Of a stretch of 64,000 nucleotides of DNA, positions 31,983 through 41,764 are shown piece by piece (positions within the stretch are counted from its first letter, which is position 1; the number at the start of each line of letters is the position of its first letter). The translations under genes and the position numbers were made by a program. Below the pieces are notes generated by a model. The model did not search any database. It worked only from the letters and a program-made list of their open reading frames with translations, and was not told the DNA's origin. Origin of the DNA: an uncultured Verrucomicrobiae bacterium (GTDB lineage: Bacteria > Verrucomicrobiota > Verrucomicrobiia > Chthoniobacterales > Terrimicrobiaceae); the NCBI GenBank assembly GCA_963706955.1, contig CAVPOC010000010.1:192001-256000 (forward strand), given 5' to 3'.

Positions 31983-33458
31983 TCAAACTGACTGGATCGC
32001 ACGCATGAGATCAACGAGACCCGCTCCCTGGAAATAACGGTCTCGCTTGAGGTCGGTTGCCGTGGAGGTGAAAATCTCTTTGACGCGCTCCGGCTTGCCG
32101 ATGAATTCGCCTCGAATGGAAAGGAACGCCGCGATGGCCCCGCTCACGTGCGGCGCCGCCGCACTTGTCCCACTCGTCTCGACGTAGTCGCACTCCTGGC
32201 CGCGGGCGGCGTCAAGCTTTAGTTTTCCGGTGGCGCTGGAAATGATCTTTTCGCCCGGGGCGACGAGGTCGGGTTTCAGACGGCCGTCGCCAGTCGGCCC
32301 TTTTGAGGAAAAGTAGGAGACCCCGTAGACATGAGGCATATAGCGGTGGGTGGATCCGACGGTGATAGCGAGATCGGCATTTCCAGGATCATTGATGCTC
32401 AGACCCATACCCGACGAAAACGAGGCGCCCGTGGGCAAATCGAACGATCCATAACCAGTATTTCCGGCGGCGACGACAACGACAACACCCGAGCGGACCA
32501 GCCTTTCCACTTCCACACAGAGCGGGCTCTGACCGCAGGCGAACCACTCGGGTTCAAAACTATGGCCCAAGCTCAGATTGACGCCATGAATATGGAGCCG
32601 CCGGCCATTGCCGTTGACCTCCTGAACATAGTCTAAGTGCGCGGATAATGTTGCGGACCTTTCCCTTGCCGTCCTCATTGAGGACTCTTAGGCTCACCAG
32701 CCAGCATTTTGGCGCTACTCCACTAATCGTATCGAGCCTCAATGATCTTAGGCACGATATCGTTATTTTCGTCGCGATGGATTTCCACAACGCGTAGCTT
32801 TTCACCTTTCTGCGCGCTACGTTGGCCGGCGAGGATACCAGCGACATGTGTCCCGTGTCCGTTCGGATCCTTGAGCGGCTCGCCGGCGCTATCGTCCGGT
32901 TGGGTGAAATCGCGATGCTGCACCGGACCTTTGAGATTCCCGTTTTGCTCGAAGTGCTTGTGAGTTGCGTCAATACCCGTATCGAGCACCGCCCATGTAA
33001 TATTCTCGCCAAGCGCGGAAAAGGAATTACGCGCCGCATCCGCTTTGACCGTCGCGATCGAGCGGGTAATGAAGGCGGAAACATCAAAGTCGGGCCAGAT
33101 TCGATAGATCGCTCTCACCTTGGCCTCGCCATCCAGGCGCGCTAGCTCACGAATGACCTTTCCGTTCAATGTTGCAAAAACATACTGATGTCGCACATCC
33201 GCCTCGGACTTTTCAACTTGGCCTTCTCGCACATCGAGCTTCCGTTGAGCCTGCTTGATATACTTCCGAATTTGTTGTTGCGCCGCCGCCGCGGCCTTTC
33301 GGAAATTCGAGGTTTAAGTCAATAATGACGTCGTGGAGCGCATCGGGTTGTTCATCGATCAGCTTCTGAAGTGGCAGGGCAATGACCGTCTTATCGAGGA
33401 CTTCTGGAAGAAATTGCTTAACGACCCGATTCGAATCCGGAGGCTGTTCAGCGGACAT
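31983..33458 (-). CDS. S8 subtilisin-family serine peptidase (~490 aa after removing three single-base insertions near 33290, 32737 and 32636)
   Basis: VLDTG, HGTHVAG, SGVAPKC, AAGN, KPDLVAPG, GTSAAAPHVSG: complete Asp-His-Ser triad; no signal peptide. Confidence 0.88.
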
Positions 33459-33906
33459 GGCAAATCACTTCAAGCAACTCTGAAAGCTTTTCATTCCGAA
33501 AGTCAACTCGTTTTGAAGGATCTGCCTTTCGAGATCGAACAGACTTAACTTCGTGCTGACCAGGCCTCCTCTCTCGAGAGTTCCCAGTTTACGTCTTGCC
33601 AAGCCTTTTGCACGCTCACCACGATAACCCCGGAACAACCTTGCTGAGGCTTCATCGCGTCTATTACTATTGCAGCTCCACCGGGCGCCAATCATCCTAG
33701 TTGTTGGGGTTTGGTAATTCGATGGACGCCCTGAAGCTACGTTGAGAGAGTTCGCTGCGATGTCCTTGACCTTAGCAAGGTTGGCCTTAGATAATGCTCC
33801 GTTTTGCGGCCGACTCGCTTCCCTGCGCCCGAGCCGTAAGGACAAATCATATCCGAGCCGTCTTCGAGATTCGTCTTAATGGCGGACGGACTGCCGAGGG
33901 CGATAG

Positions 33907-35460
33907 CTAAGCCTTCTCGCCGGCTGGGAAAATCAGATTGCGGCCGGTCATCTCGGCGGGCTGCTCAAGGCCGAGGAGAAACAGCAGCGTCGGCGCAACA
34001 TCGGCGAGAATTCCGCTCTCCACCCTAAAATGTCTTGCCCGCTCAGCAACGTAGATGAAGTGGACGAGATACGTGGTGTGAGCAGTATTCGGTGATCCGT
34101 CTCGATTGCGCATCTGCTCGCAATTGCCGTGGTCGGCCGTGATGAGAAGCTCCCCACCGAGCGAAAGGGTTTTTTCCACCACCACCTTGACGCACTGATC
34201 GATCGTTTCCACCGCCTGAACTCCGGCCTCAACGATTCCGGTGTGACCGACCATGTCGGGGTTGGCGAAGTTCAGGATAACGAGGTCATATTTTGGGAGG
34301 TTCTCGACGACTTTTGCGGTCACTTCCGGCGCGCTCATCTCAGGTTTGTAATCGTAGGTCGGCACATCCTTCGGCGACGGAACAATGACGCGATCTTCAC
34401 CGGGATACTGCTTCTCGAGACCACCGTTGAAAAAATAGGTCACGTGCGGATACTTCTCCGTCTCCGCGATGCGGAGCTGGGCGAGATTTGCCTTGCTGAC
34501 GACTTCTACCAGGATGTCGTCGAGCGATTGCGGCTTGAAAACGACCGGGCATCCATAGGTTTTGTCGTATTCGGTGAGGGTGACAAAATGCACCGCCGGG
34601 GTGACCTCCCGATTGAAGCCGGCGAAATCCTTTCTCAGGAACGCGATGGAAAGCTGCCGCGCCCGATCCGCGCGAAAATTGAACCAAATGATGACGTCAC
34701 CGTCCCGGACGCGTTGTTCGTTTGCGTTGTAGAAGATGATCGGCTCGAGGAACTCGTCGCCGCGCGGCTCGTGGGTGTAGGCTTCAGAGACTGCGGCCGC
34801 GGGAGCCTGATCCGCTTGCGCGCCACGTCCCAGGACGATGGCATCCCAAGCCAGCTTGTTGCGTTCCCACCGTTGATCGCGATCCATCGCATAATAACGA
34901 CCGATCACCGTGGCAATATGCGCGCCTGCGCGGCTAGTCTGAGCGGCGACCGTGGTCAGGTAATCGGCGGCGCCGGTGGGCGAAGTATCGCGCCCGTCGG
35001 TGATGGCGTGGATCATGATGTCGTCGACGCCGGCTTCCTTGGCCGCCTTCGTCAGGGCAATGAGGTGATTTTGATGACTATGCACGCCGCCATCCGAGAC
35101 GAGACCAAGAAAGTGAAGCCGGTGACCCCGCGCCTTGGCAAAAGCCTCTTGCAGAACCTTGTTCGACCTGAGCTCGCCATCGGCGATGGCCTTGTTAATG
35201 CGGGTGAGATCCTGATAAACAATCCGACCGGCCCCAAGATTCATATGGCCGACTTCCGAGTTGCCCATCTGCCCATCCGGGAGCCCAACATCCAAGCCAC
35301 TGGCGCTCAGGGTCGCTCGTGGATAAGTGGCATAGAGGTAATCGTGAAAGGGCGTGCTCGCGAGCATCGTGGCATCACCGTTTTCTTCAGCTTTTTCTCT
35401 CCCACCTGGATTGATCCCCCATCCATCGCGAATTATCAGAACAATCGGTCTCTTGGTCAT
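33907..35460 (-). CDS. gpmI: 2,3-bisphosphoglycerate-independent phosphoglycerate mutase
   Basis: LIIRDGWG, QMGNSEVGH, SDGGVHSH, GRYYAMDRD, NFRADRARQ, AETEKYPHVT, NFANPDMVGHTG, TADHGN. Confidence 0.97.
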   Translation of the reverse strand: MTKRPIVLIIRDGWGINPGGREKAEENGDATMLASTPFHDYLYATYPRATLSASGLDVGLPDGQMGNSEVGHMNLGAGRIVYQDLTRINKAIADGELRSNKVLQEAFAKARGHRLHFLGLVSDGGVHSHQNHLIALTKAAKEAGVDDIMIHAITDGRDTSPTGAADYLTTVAAQTSRAGAHIATVIGRYYAMDRDQRWERNKLAWDAIVLGRGAQADQAPAAAVSEAYTHEPRGDEFLEPIIFYNANEQRVRDGDVIIWFNFRADRARQLSIAFLRKDFAGFNREVTPAVHFVTLTEYDKTYGCPVVFKPQSLDDILVEVVSKANLAQLRIAETEKYPHVTYFFNGGLEKQYPGEDRVIVPSPKDVPTYDYKPEMSAPEVTAKVVENLPKYDLVILNFANPDMVGHTGIVEAGVQAVETIDQCVKVVVEKTLSLGGELLITADHGNCEQMRNRDGSPNTAHTTYLVHFIYVAERARHFRVESGILADVAPTLLFLLGLEQPAEMTGRNLIFPAGEKA

Positions 35461-35529
35461 GGACAACAGATTCGACTCAAATTTCGCGACTTACGCCACA
35501 AAAATGATCCTTGCGCGAAGCGCAGTCCT

Positions 35530-35889
35530 CTATGAGACCGGCCCCTTTGGCCGTTCTGCGAAGGCCAAGAGCGCGTCCGCCTTGGAGACGGCGCCGAGCA
35601 GACGCTTCGAGCCGTCGGGGGCGACCACCGGAAGGCGTTCGTCGTCATGACGGGAAAAGCGCTCAAAGACCGTGGTCAGAAAATCGTTCAATAGCCAGTG
35701 CACTATCTCCGTTGCTCTCCGAAAAGCCAGCGAACCGACAGCACCAAAAAAACCCGCCACTCCAGCGAGCAGAAGCGTGATTTGCACCTCCCTGGGCCGC
35801 ACCCATTCGACCAGGCCGATCCACCAGCGAAGACACTGCCGTCCCGTGGGGAAAAAAGAGGACTTCGCCGGTTCGGAGGATGTCTTCAC
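35530..35889 (-). pseudogene. Internally deleted ClC-type chloride channel (first helix joined to the end of a CBS domain), 119 aa
   Basis: TLLLAGVAGFFGAVGSLAFRRA...HWLL joined in frame to FERFSRHDDERLPVV....RLLGAVSKADAL; GTGA overlap with the upstream gene. Confidence 0.65.
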
Positions 35890-36347
35890 GAACTCGCCGC
35901 AGCCATGATCCTTAGAAATGCCTCGGCGCTTTCGGCATGCATGAGGGTCTTTCGGGTCTCCAGGATTCGCACGCGTCTCGCCAACCAGGCAACACATCCC
36001 AAATATTCCGTTATCGCACTTGGCGGGGAGCCGATAAGAAAGACCAAGTGCACGACCGGGAGATCGCGACGGAACGACACTCCGCTCTCGCTCCGCCCAA
36101 TCAGTAGAAAAAGGCGCGACACCGCTTCCGTCCGGGCGTGAGGAAACGCGACATGATCCGTAGTTGCCGTGGAAACTGCTGCCTCGCGCGCGCGGACGCT
36201 CTCGATGAACACAGCTGCCTCGGACACGGCCGGATGCTCCTGAATGACGGGAGCGAAAATAGTCAGGCACTCGTCAAAGGTCGCTGCCCTAATGTTCATG
36301 AGGAGAGAAGCCGGATTCACTATTTTCGCAAGCTCCTCCGCTGTCAC
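35886..36347 (-). CDS. PTS IIA-domain protein (PtsN/fructose-type)
   Basis: ARE..VSTA....VAFPHAR, GV.F......VHLVFLI. Confidence 0.88.
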   Translation of the reverse strand: MTAEELAKIVNPASLLMNIRAATFDECLTIFAPVIQEHPAVSEAAVFIESVRAREAAVSTATTDHVAFPHARTEAVSRLFLLIGRSESGVSFRRDLPVVHLVFLIGSPPSAITEYLGCVAWLARRVRILETRKTLMHAESAEAFLRIMAAASS

Positions 36348-36876
36348 AGTCTGAATCTAGGTATGGGCGCATGCGGTGACCAGACCGTTTCTCACGCCGC
36401 CGGCGCTCAGAAACTCGTGGCGGAAAGTCATTTTCAAGGAAAAGCCTCGATCGCGAAGGCTTGAGGAGCACACGCGCCCCGCGCGTGTAATTGACCGGCG
36501 TCCCCGCCGGCCAACACCTCGAGGAGATGTGACGGAGTCGCCGCAGAGGTTTGGCGATGATAATGGTTACCTCATCAAAGCGAATGCGCGCTTTGTGCCC
36601 GGCGAGGCCGCCGTGCACCACACCCGGGGGATGACTGTGCTCCCCAAACCTTCGTTTTCGACCGCTGCATCATCCGTGAGACTTTTTTCAACGGGATTCG
36701 GCGACAAAACACTGCGCGCCCGCAACTCCTCGAAACCCAACACCACGACACTCTAAGACAACGTCACTGCCGATCGAAGCTAAGCTGCCCCGCCCCTCCG
36801 GCATGCCAGCGCGCTTGACAGCGACACGCCGAGCCGCTAAGCGTGCAGCTCCCTAGCGGAAGCGACGCGGTGGCTA

Positions 36877-38421
36877 ATGACCATTCCTGAGACAGCCCGA
36901 AAACGCCTGGCACTTGCCGGCTTGAGCTTGAGCGCTTTTGTCGCCTATTTGGATTTTGCGATCGTCAACACCGCGCTTCCCTCCATTCAGCGAGACCTTA
37001 CCCTAACTTTTGTGCAGCTGCAGTGGGTCATGAATATCTTCGTGCTGGCCCTCTGCATTTTCATGGTAAACATGGGGCGCTTCGGTGACATCTTTGGGAG
37101 ACGCGTGCTCCTCTACACCGGTCTGGCGTGTTTCGCGGCCGCCTCACTTCTCGCAGGTCTGGCGCCGAATGGTCCAACCTTGATCGCTGCTCGGGCTTTT
37201 CAGGGATTTGCCATCACAATGATCGTCCCCTCTTCCCTGGCGCTTGTCTCTCATGGGGTCGCTCCCAGCGAGCGGGGTCGCGCGATCGGTATCTGGACAA
37301 GTGTAACCGGCGTCGGATTAGCGATCGGACCGGTTGCGGGCGGTCTTTTGACGAGCGTCCTCTCCTGGCGATGGATATTCTTTGTCAATATCCCGATCGT
37401 GGCGATCGCTTTTGTGCTCTGCTCGGTGAGCGTGAAGGACGTCGCACGAAGCGACACGGAACAGCGGGTCGACTGGGCCGGTTTTCTCTTGATGATCGTC
37501 GGCATTGGCTCTTTGGTCACCGCCGTCGTCCAAGGTCCGGAATGGGGATGGACCTCACTGCCAACAATCGCTCTAGCTCTCGTCGCCATCGTTTCTCTCA
37601 GCTGCCTTTATGTTGTCGAGTGCAATGTTAAGTCACCGATACTGAACCTGGCATTGTTTGCTAACCGGGGATTTCTTTCGGGTGCCTGCGCGAACTTCAC
37701 GCTGATGGCCTTCGCCTATTCCGCGTTCTTTCTCATGCCTCTATATCTGCGGAGCATCGTCGGCCAGGAGCCATTTGCGATCGGGTTTTTTATGCTCCCT
37801 ATCACGGTGTTGATTGTGATTGTCGCACCGATCGCTGGAAGGATCGTTGACACTCAGGGCGCCAAGCTACCGGTTCTCCTCGGCATCGTGTCCCTGGCAG
37901 TATCGGCGCTCGTTCAATCCATGCTACGGGTCGATAGTTCCTTATTCCACATGCTCACGGCGTTCGTCTTTGTCGGACTCGGTTGGGGGCTGATCTTGAG
38001 TTCGGCGGCCTTCTCCGCGATCTCCTCTCTCCCACAAACGCTAGCTGGAACGGCTTCGGGAGCGCTCTGGACGGCTCAAAACCTAGGTGGTTCCATCGGT
38101 CTTGCTCTTGCAGGGACCATCTTTCGACATGCAGAACGAACGTCCTTGATGAAGGGCCTCGCCGCGTCGGAGATCCATTTAACCCAGGACCAACAAAATC
38201 TAATAAGGAGTTTGTTAAGCGATTCGAATGAAGCCCAGCGCATTATCGGCGAGTTTCCGAGTGCCCTCGCCGAGAGCGTTTGGCCGCTCTTTCGGAACGC
38301 GTTTATGCACGGATACTCCTGCGCATTCCTCTTTCTCTTAGGTCTCTCGCTCGCAGCATTTCTGGTCGTCGCTGCCATGATGCAAAATATCGCGAGAAAG
38401 GAAGTCAAGGCCTCGCCTTGA
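36877..38421 (+). CDS. DHA2/EmrB-QacA-family MFS efflux transporter
   Basis: LD.AIVN.ALPSI, GR.GDIFGRR, GP..GG.L...SWRWIFFVNIP, about 14 TM segments. Confidence 0.92.
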   Translation: MTIPETARKRLALAGLSLSAFVAYLDFAIVNTALPSIQRDLTLTFVQLQWVMNIFVLALCIFMVNMGRFGDIFGRRVLLYTGLACFAAASLLAGLAPNGPTLIAARAFQGFAITMIVPSSLALVSHGVAPSERGRAIGIWTSVTGVGLAIGPVAGGLLTSVLSWRWIFFVNIPIVAIAFVLCSVSVKDVARSDTEQRVDWAGFLLMIVGIGSLVTAVVQGPEWGWTSLPTIALALVAIVSLSCLYVVECNVKSPILNLALFANRGFLSGACANFTLMAFAYSAFFLMPLYLRSIVGQEPFAIGFFMLPITVLIVIVAPIAGRIVDTQGAKLPVLLGIVSLAVSALVQSMLRVDSSLFHMLTAFVFVGLGWGLILSSAAFSAISSLPQTLAGTASGALWTAQNLGGSIGLALAGTIFRHAERTSLMKGLAASEIHLTQDQQNLIRSLLSDSNEAQRIIGEFPSALAESVWPLFRNAFMHGYSCAFLFLLGLSLAAFLVVAAMMQNIARKEVKASP

Positions 38422-38482
38422 TCGCAGGGCTGGCGTGGTGCGCACACAGCATCCCAGAATGAGCGCTGGCGGGTCTCCCAGA

Positions 38483-39229
38483 TCAGACAGCGCACCTCTC
38501 CTGGCTAACTGACGGCTGGAGACTCAGCACTTCCCGGAATCGCGCCGCCGGAGAACACGGCGATCCAGAAACATAAGACATGGACGCCATGTGGTCACGA
38601 ACAGTTATCTCGGTATAACTGACGGTCGCGGCATCCTCACGATGCATACAGAGCGAGAACGGCCCCGCGATCGGTAAATGACTGGCGTGCAGTTTCCTTA
38701 GAGTCGCCAGATCCTCCAGATCGCCAGAAAATTGTCCGCAGACTCCTCGCCGGACCTGAATCGCTTTGGCTTCGTCAAATCCAGAAGAAAACCAGTGGTG
38801 GCGCTGCCACGGACATACCTTGGAAGTGAGGACCTCGCTGCCGGAACGCCATTCCGCGAGTAAGCGTTCGGGCAGACTTACGGAAATTAACCGGAACGGG
38901 TTCATCCGTCTGAGGGGAAGTTCTTTTAAAATCGCCGCGGCCGCGCTGCTGCTCCGGCCAGAGAGAAGAGCGCGAACTACTTCCCCACGACTGATCAAAT
39001 CCTCCCCGGTGCGATCCGGCTGCGAGTGCCAATTGAGGAGCGAAAACGCCAGGCCCGCGCTGTTAACTCCTATCCATGTTCCGCCGCTCGGTTCGCTGGG
39101 ACAAAGCACTGCCAAGTCGCCCCGCTGGTGGACCCTTGGGGGCAGCGCAGGAACGCGCGAGATAAGTTCGTCCCGATTCATTGCCAGGACGAAGCCCTCT
39201 TCACGAGGGAGGAAAGTCACGCTGCACAT
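38483..39229 (-). CDS. NRDE/TANGO2-family protein
   Basis: N-terminal MC, NRDE motif, GGTWIGVN, SRG.VV. Confidence 0.9.
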   Translation of the reverse strand: MCSVTFLPREEGFVLAMNRDELISRVPALPPRVHQRGDLAVLCPSEPSGGTWIGVNSAGLAFSLLNWHSQPDRTGEDLISRGEVVRALLSGRSSSAAAAILKELPLRRMNPFRLISVSLPERLLAEWRSGSEVLTSKVCPWQRHHWFSSGFDEAKAIQVRRGVCGQFSGDLEDLATLRKLHASHLPIAGPFSLCMHREDAATVSYTEITVRDHMASMSYVSGSPCSPAARFREVLSLQPSVSQERCAV

Positions 39230-39658
39230 GATCTACTCCTGTTTCGTGAACGGGCGCTACCCGCCAGAACGTTGTTCATGCCGGCCATTGCGGAAAAGCT
39301 TGGAAGCTGCATCACGCTGATATTCGTGTCACCCGTTTTCGACGCGAAGAGGAGCTCGCAGTGCTCGTTCAACATTGTCGAGCCACGACAATGACTTGCG
39401 GCAGTCATAGGTACACGTAGCCCGCGAGGCCGCTCTATTCAACCGGCGACTTCAAACCCTCCGCCTTTCCGGTAAACCTGGCGATGCGAACCTCATAGGA
39501 TTTCACCGGAATTGCTTTCGCTGCCAATGACGCGACCACGTTGGGTGGAAAAATTTTGCACACCGTTGCTGTTCCATTTGAGGCAGCGGGCATCCATCTC
39601 CTCAGATGGCATCCACGTAATACCCTCATTTGTGGAAAATTACGAACTCCGAAAGATC

Positions 39659-39673
39659 TGGCACGGGAACTGC
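39659..39673 (+). promoter_or_regulatory. Sigma54 (-24/-12)-type promoter of biuH
   Basis: TGGCAC-GGGAA-CTGC (GG-N10-GC) ending 32 nt before ATG 39706. Confidence 0.55.
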
Positions 39674-39705
39674 GGCACAGACCCGCCCGTTGTCCCTCTA
39701 CCTTG

Positions 39706-40422
39706 ATGCAAACCAAATTATCCACCAACGACACGAGCAACGCTCGGTATGTCGAATCCGATCCTTACCCGTGGCCGTATGACGGCGATTTGCGTCCCGA
39801 CGTGACGGCCGTGCTCGTCATCGACATGCAAACCGACTTCTGTGGGAAGGGAGGATACGTAGACGCGATGGGTTATGATCTTTCCCTTACCCAAGCGCCC
39901 ATCGAGCCGATCAAGCGCGTCCTTGAAGCGGCGCGCGCGAGATCATTTCAAATTTTCCACACGCGCGAAGGTCATCGACCCGATCTTTCCGACCTCCCGG
40001 CTAACAAGCAGTGGCGCAGCAGGCGGATCGGAGCCGGCATCGGTGATCCCGGACCCTGTGGGCGAATCCTGACCCGCGGCGAAGCCGGCTGGGAGATCAT
40101 TCCCGATCTGGCACCACTGCCTGGTGAAAGCATCATCGACAAGCCAGGCAAGGGGTCATTCTACGGGACCGATCTCGACATGCTCTTCCGGCGAAAGGGC
40201 ATCCGGAACATAGTCCTCTGCGGCATCACCACAGACGTTTGTGTGCATACCACCATGCGAGAAGCGAATGATCGTGGTTACGAATGCCTTATCCTCTCCG
40301 ATTGCACCGCCGCCACCGATCCGGGCAACCATGCGGCAGCCCTGAAAATGGTCAAGATGCAAGGAGGAGTCTTCGGAGCGGTAGCCGACTCTACCGCTTT
40401 CGTCGAAGCCATCGCCCATTAG
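39706..40422 (+). CDS. biuH: Biuret amidohydrolase-like cysteine hydrolase (isochorismatase family)
   Basis: [56 protein letters not shown]. Confidence 0.85.
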   Translation: MQTKLSTNDTSNARYVESDPYPWPYDGDLRPDVTAVLVIDMQTDFCGKGGYVDAMGYDLSLTQAPIEPIKRVLEAARARSFQIFHTREGHRPDLSDLPANKQWRSRRIGAGIGDPGPCGRILTRGEAGWEIIPDLAPLPGESIIDKPGKGSFYGTDLDMLFRRKGIRNIVLCGITTDVCVHTTMREANDRGYECLILSDCTAATDPGNHAAALKMVKMQGGVFGAVADSTAFVEAIAH

Positions 40423-40571
40423 CGTCCGCAGACCGACAGCTTTTCGGAATCGTCTCTGTAGACGTGCCGGATCTGTTCGGCGCGCGCCAACTCAAGAGCC
40501 GCCTATCTGAAAACCAGACAACTGGATGCGCGCACAGTGCGCCAGCTAATCTGTCTGCCCGCATGGTCCAC

Positions 40572-40703
40572 TCACTCGTCGTAGGCCGTGGTCGATTCTT
40601 CCAACCTGCTCCCATTCAGAGCGATGAGTCCGATAAGCGCTGCGCTGATAATGATCATCAGACATAGGAGGATCGATCCGGTGACGACGACGGGATGTTT
40701 CAT
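40572..40703 (-). CDS. Putative 43-aa single-pass membrane protein
   Basis: Manual translation MKHPVVVTGSILLCLMIIISAALIGLIALNGSRLEESTTAYDE*; below the ORF-track length cutoff. Confidence 0.45.
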   Translation of the reverse strand: MKHPVVVTGSILLCLMIIISAALIGLIALNGSRLEESTTAYDE

Positions 40704-40794
40704 AGTATCGGCAGTATGGACCAAACAACGCCTGCTGCAAAGACTCACAAATCGTCAGACGCGTTTGTCCTTCTTACTCCCGCACCTCAGCTCG

Positions 40795-41325
40795 CTACCT
40801 GCTGGCCGTCTCGCGCAAAGGCGAGCCATTTCGCGCACCGCAAGCTCGATCTCCAGCGAGTATTCGGAAAGCGATATAGTGCGTCACGAGCAAGGCAGGC
40901 ACCCAGAAGGAAGGGATCCAATAGGCAGCGCCCATGTAAAAGCGCGCCTCGAAAAGGTTGGCCAATAAGATGGCGATGACCAGGTCCAGAACACCGAAAA
41001 TGTTGAACACCCAAAGCACCGCCTTGGCGGACTGAAAATCACGAAGGGTCAGTGGAATCGCCAGAAATGCCAGCAGAGCCGCGATAAAATCACCGATCGC
41101 TGCGGGCCAGGCAAATTGCACAGGCATGCCGGGATAGACTGCCCCGCTCGCCAAAAACATCAGGCCGAGATGGCGCTGCGAATGAAGTAACAAGATGGGA
41201 ACCAGAACGGTCTGGGGTCTCCAGGCGTTCAGCTTCGGCAGCAAATAGATCTTCGCCGCTGCCGCAAAGACCAACGTGCCAAAGACCAAATTCACCGTCA
41301 GCGCCTGGTCGCCGATCGTCTGCAT
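40795..41325 (-). CDS. Hypothetical integral membrane protein
   Basis: Several TM segments; LLH..RHLGL.FL, FA.PAA.GD, FN..G..DL, IP.FWVP.LLV.H; AGGTAGG RBS. Confidence 0.8.
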   Translation of the reverse strand: MQTIGDQALTVNLVFGTLVFAAAAKIYLLPKLNAWRPQTVLVPILLLHSQRHLGLMFLASGAVYPGMPVQFAWPAAIGDFIAALLAFLAIPLTLRDFQSAKAVLWVFNIFGVLDLVIAILLANLFEARFYMGAAYWIPSFWVPALLVTHYIAFRILAGDRACGARNGSPLRETASR

Positions 41326-41342
41326 ATAGCCTACCTATCGTT

Positions 41343-41363
41343 TTACTTGCATTATGCAAGTAA
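41343..41363. promoter_or_regulatory. Perfect palindromic operator upstream of the 41325 gene
   Basis: TTACTTGCAT-T-ATGCAAGTAA, 18-38 nt before the start codon. Confidence 0.7.
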
Positions 41364-41499
41364 TATTCGCGGGCGCCTGTGCGCTGGGTTTCTTCGACGA
41401 AGGGAACAAGCTCGCGAGCGGTATGCAGACCCGAGCTTAGCCGGGCTGAGAAATGACGACGCGCCACGATAAAGTTTGAAGGTTTGGAGAGGTGCAGTC

Positions 41500-41566
41500 T
41501 TGTAGCGGCGATGTTCCCATCGCCGATGGGCTCTTCCGGCCGCCGGTGGGGACACCGGCGCTACAA
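41500..41566. repeat. GTAG-type REP doublet, copy 2
   Basis: TTGTAG-CGGCGATG-ttcc-CATCGCCG ... CGCCGGTG-ggga-CACCGGCG-CTACAA. Confidence 0.8.
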
Positions 41567-41764
41567 CTTCCGCAGACCACGGGCTCCGGAATTTGCCAGT
41601 GTCCGGCTGAGTCAAAAAACAAGAACCCTGCCTCTCGAAACAGGCGGCGTGGGATCACCAGGGTCTACACTGCGGCCTATATCCGGACCGCATTGCACAA
41701 CCGACAGAGCTAAGCGGAGGTGCCTCGCTGGCCGATTGCGATCGCAAGCTGGAAAGACCGGGCG

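Noticed and set aside
33465..33845. 126-aa ORF upstream of the S8 gene as a possible third component or sensor
   Set aside because: TTG start and no recognisable motif in the minus-strand frames I translated; cannot be supported, although frameshifts could be hiding a gene
34129..35535. 468-aa plus-strand ORF, and similar long antisense ORFs (e.g. 5778-6536, 24819-25544, 44100-45341)
   Set aside because: They are antisense shadows of well-supported genes in GC-rich DNA and carry no motifs
36289..36756. Overlapping ORFs between the PTS-IIA and DHA2 genes
   Set aside because: Arg/Pro-rich, motif-free translations on both strands; treated as intergenic
36815..36843. TTGACA-N17-TAAGCG sigma70-like promoter for the DHA2 gene
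   Set aside because: The -35 box is perfect but the -10 lacks the conserved final T; too weak to list as a feature
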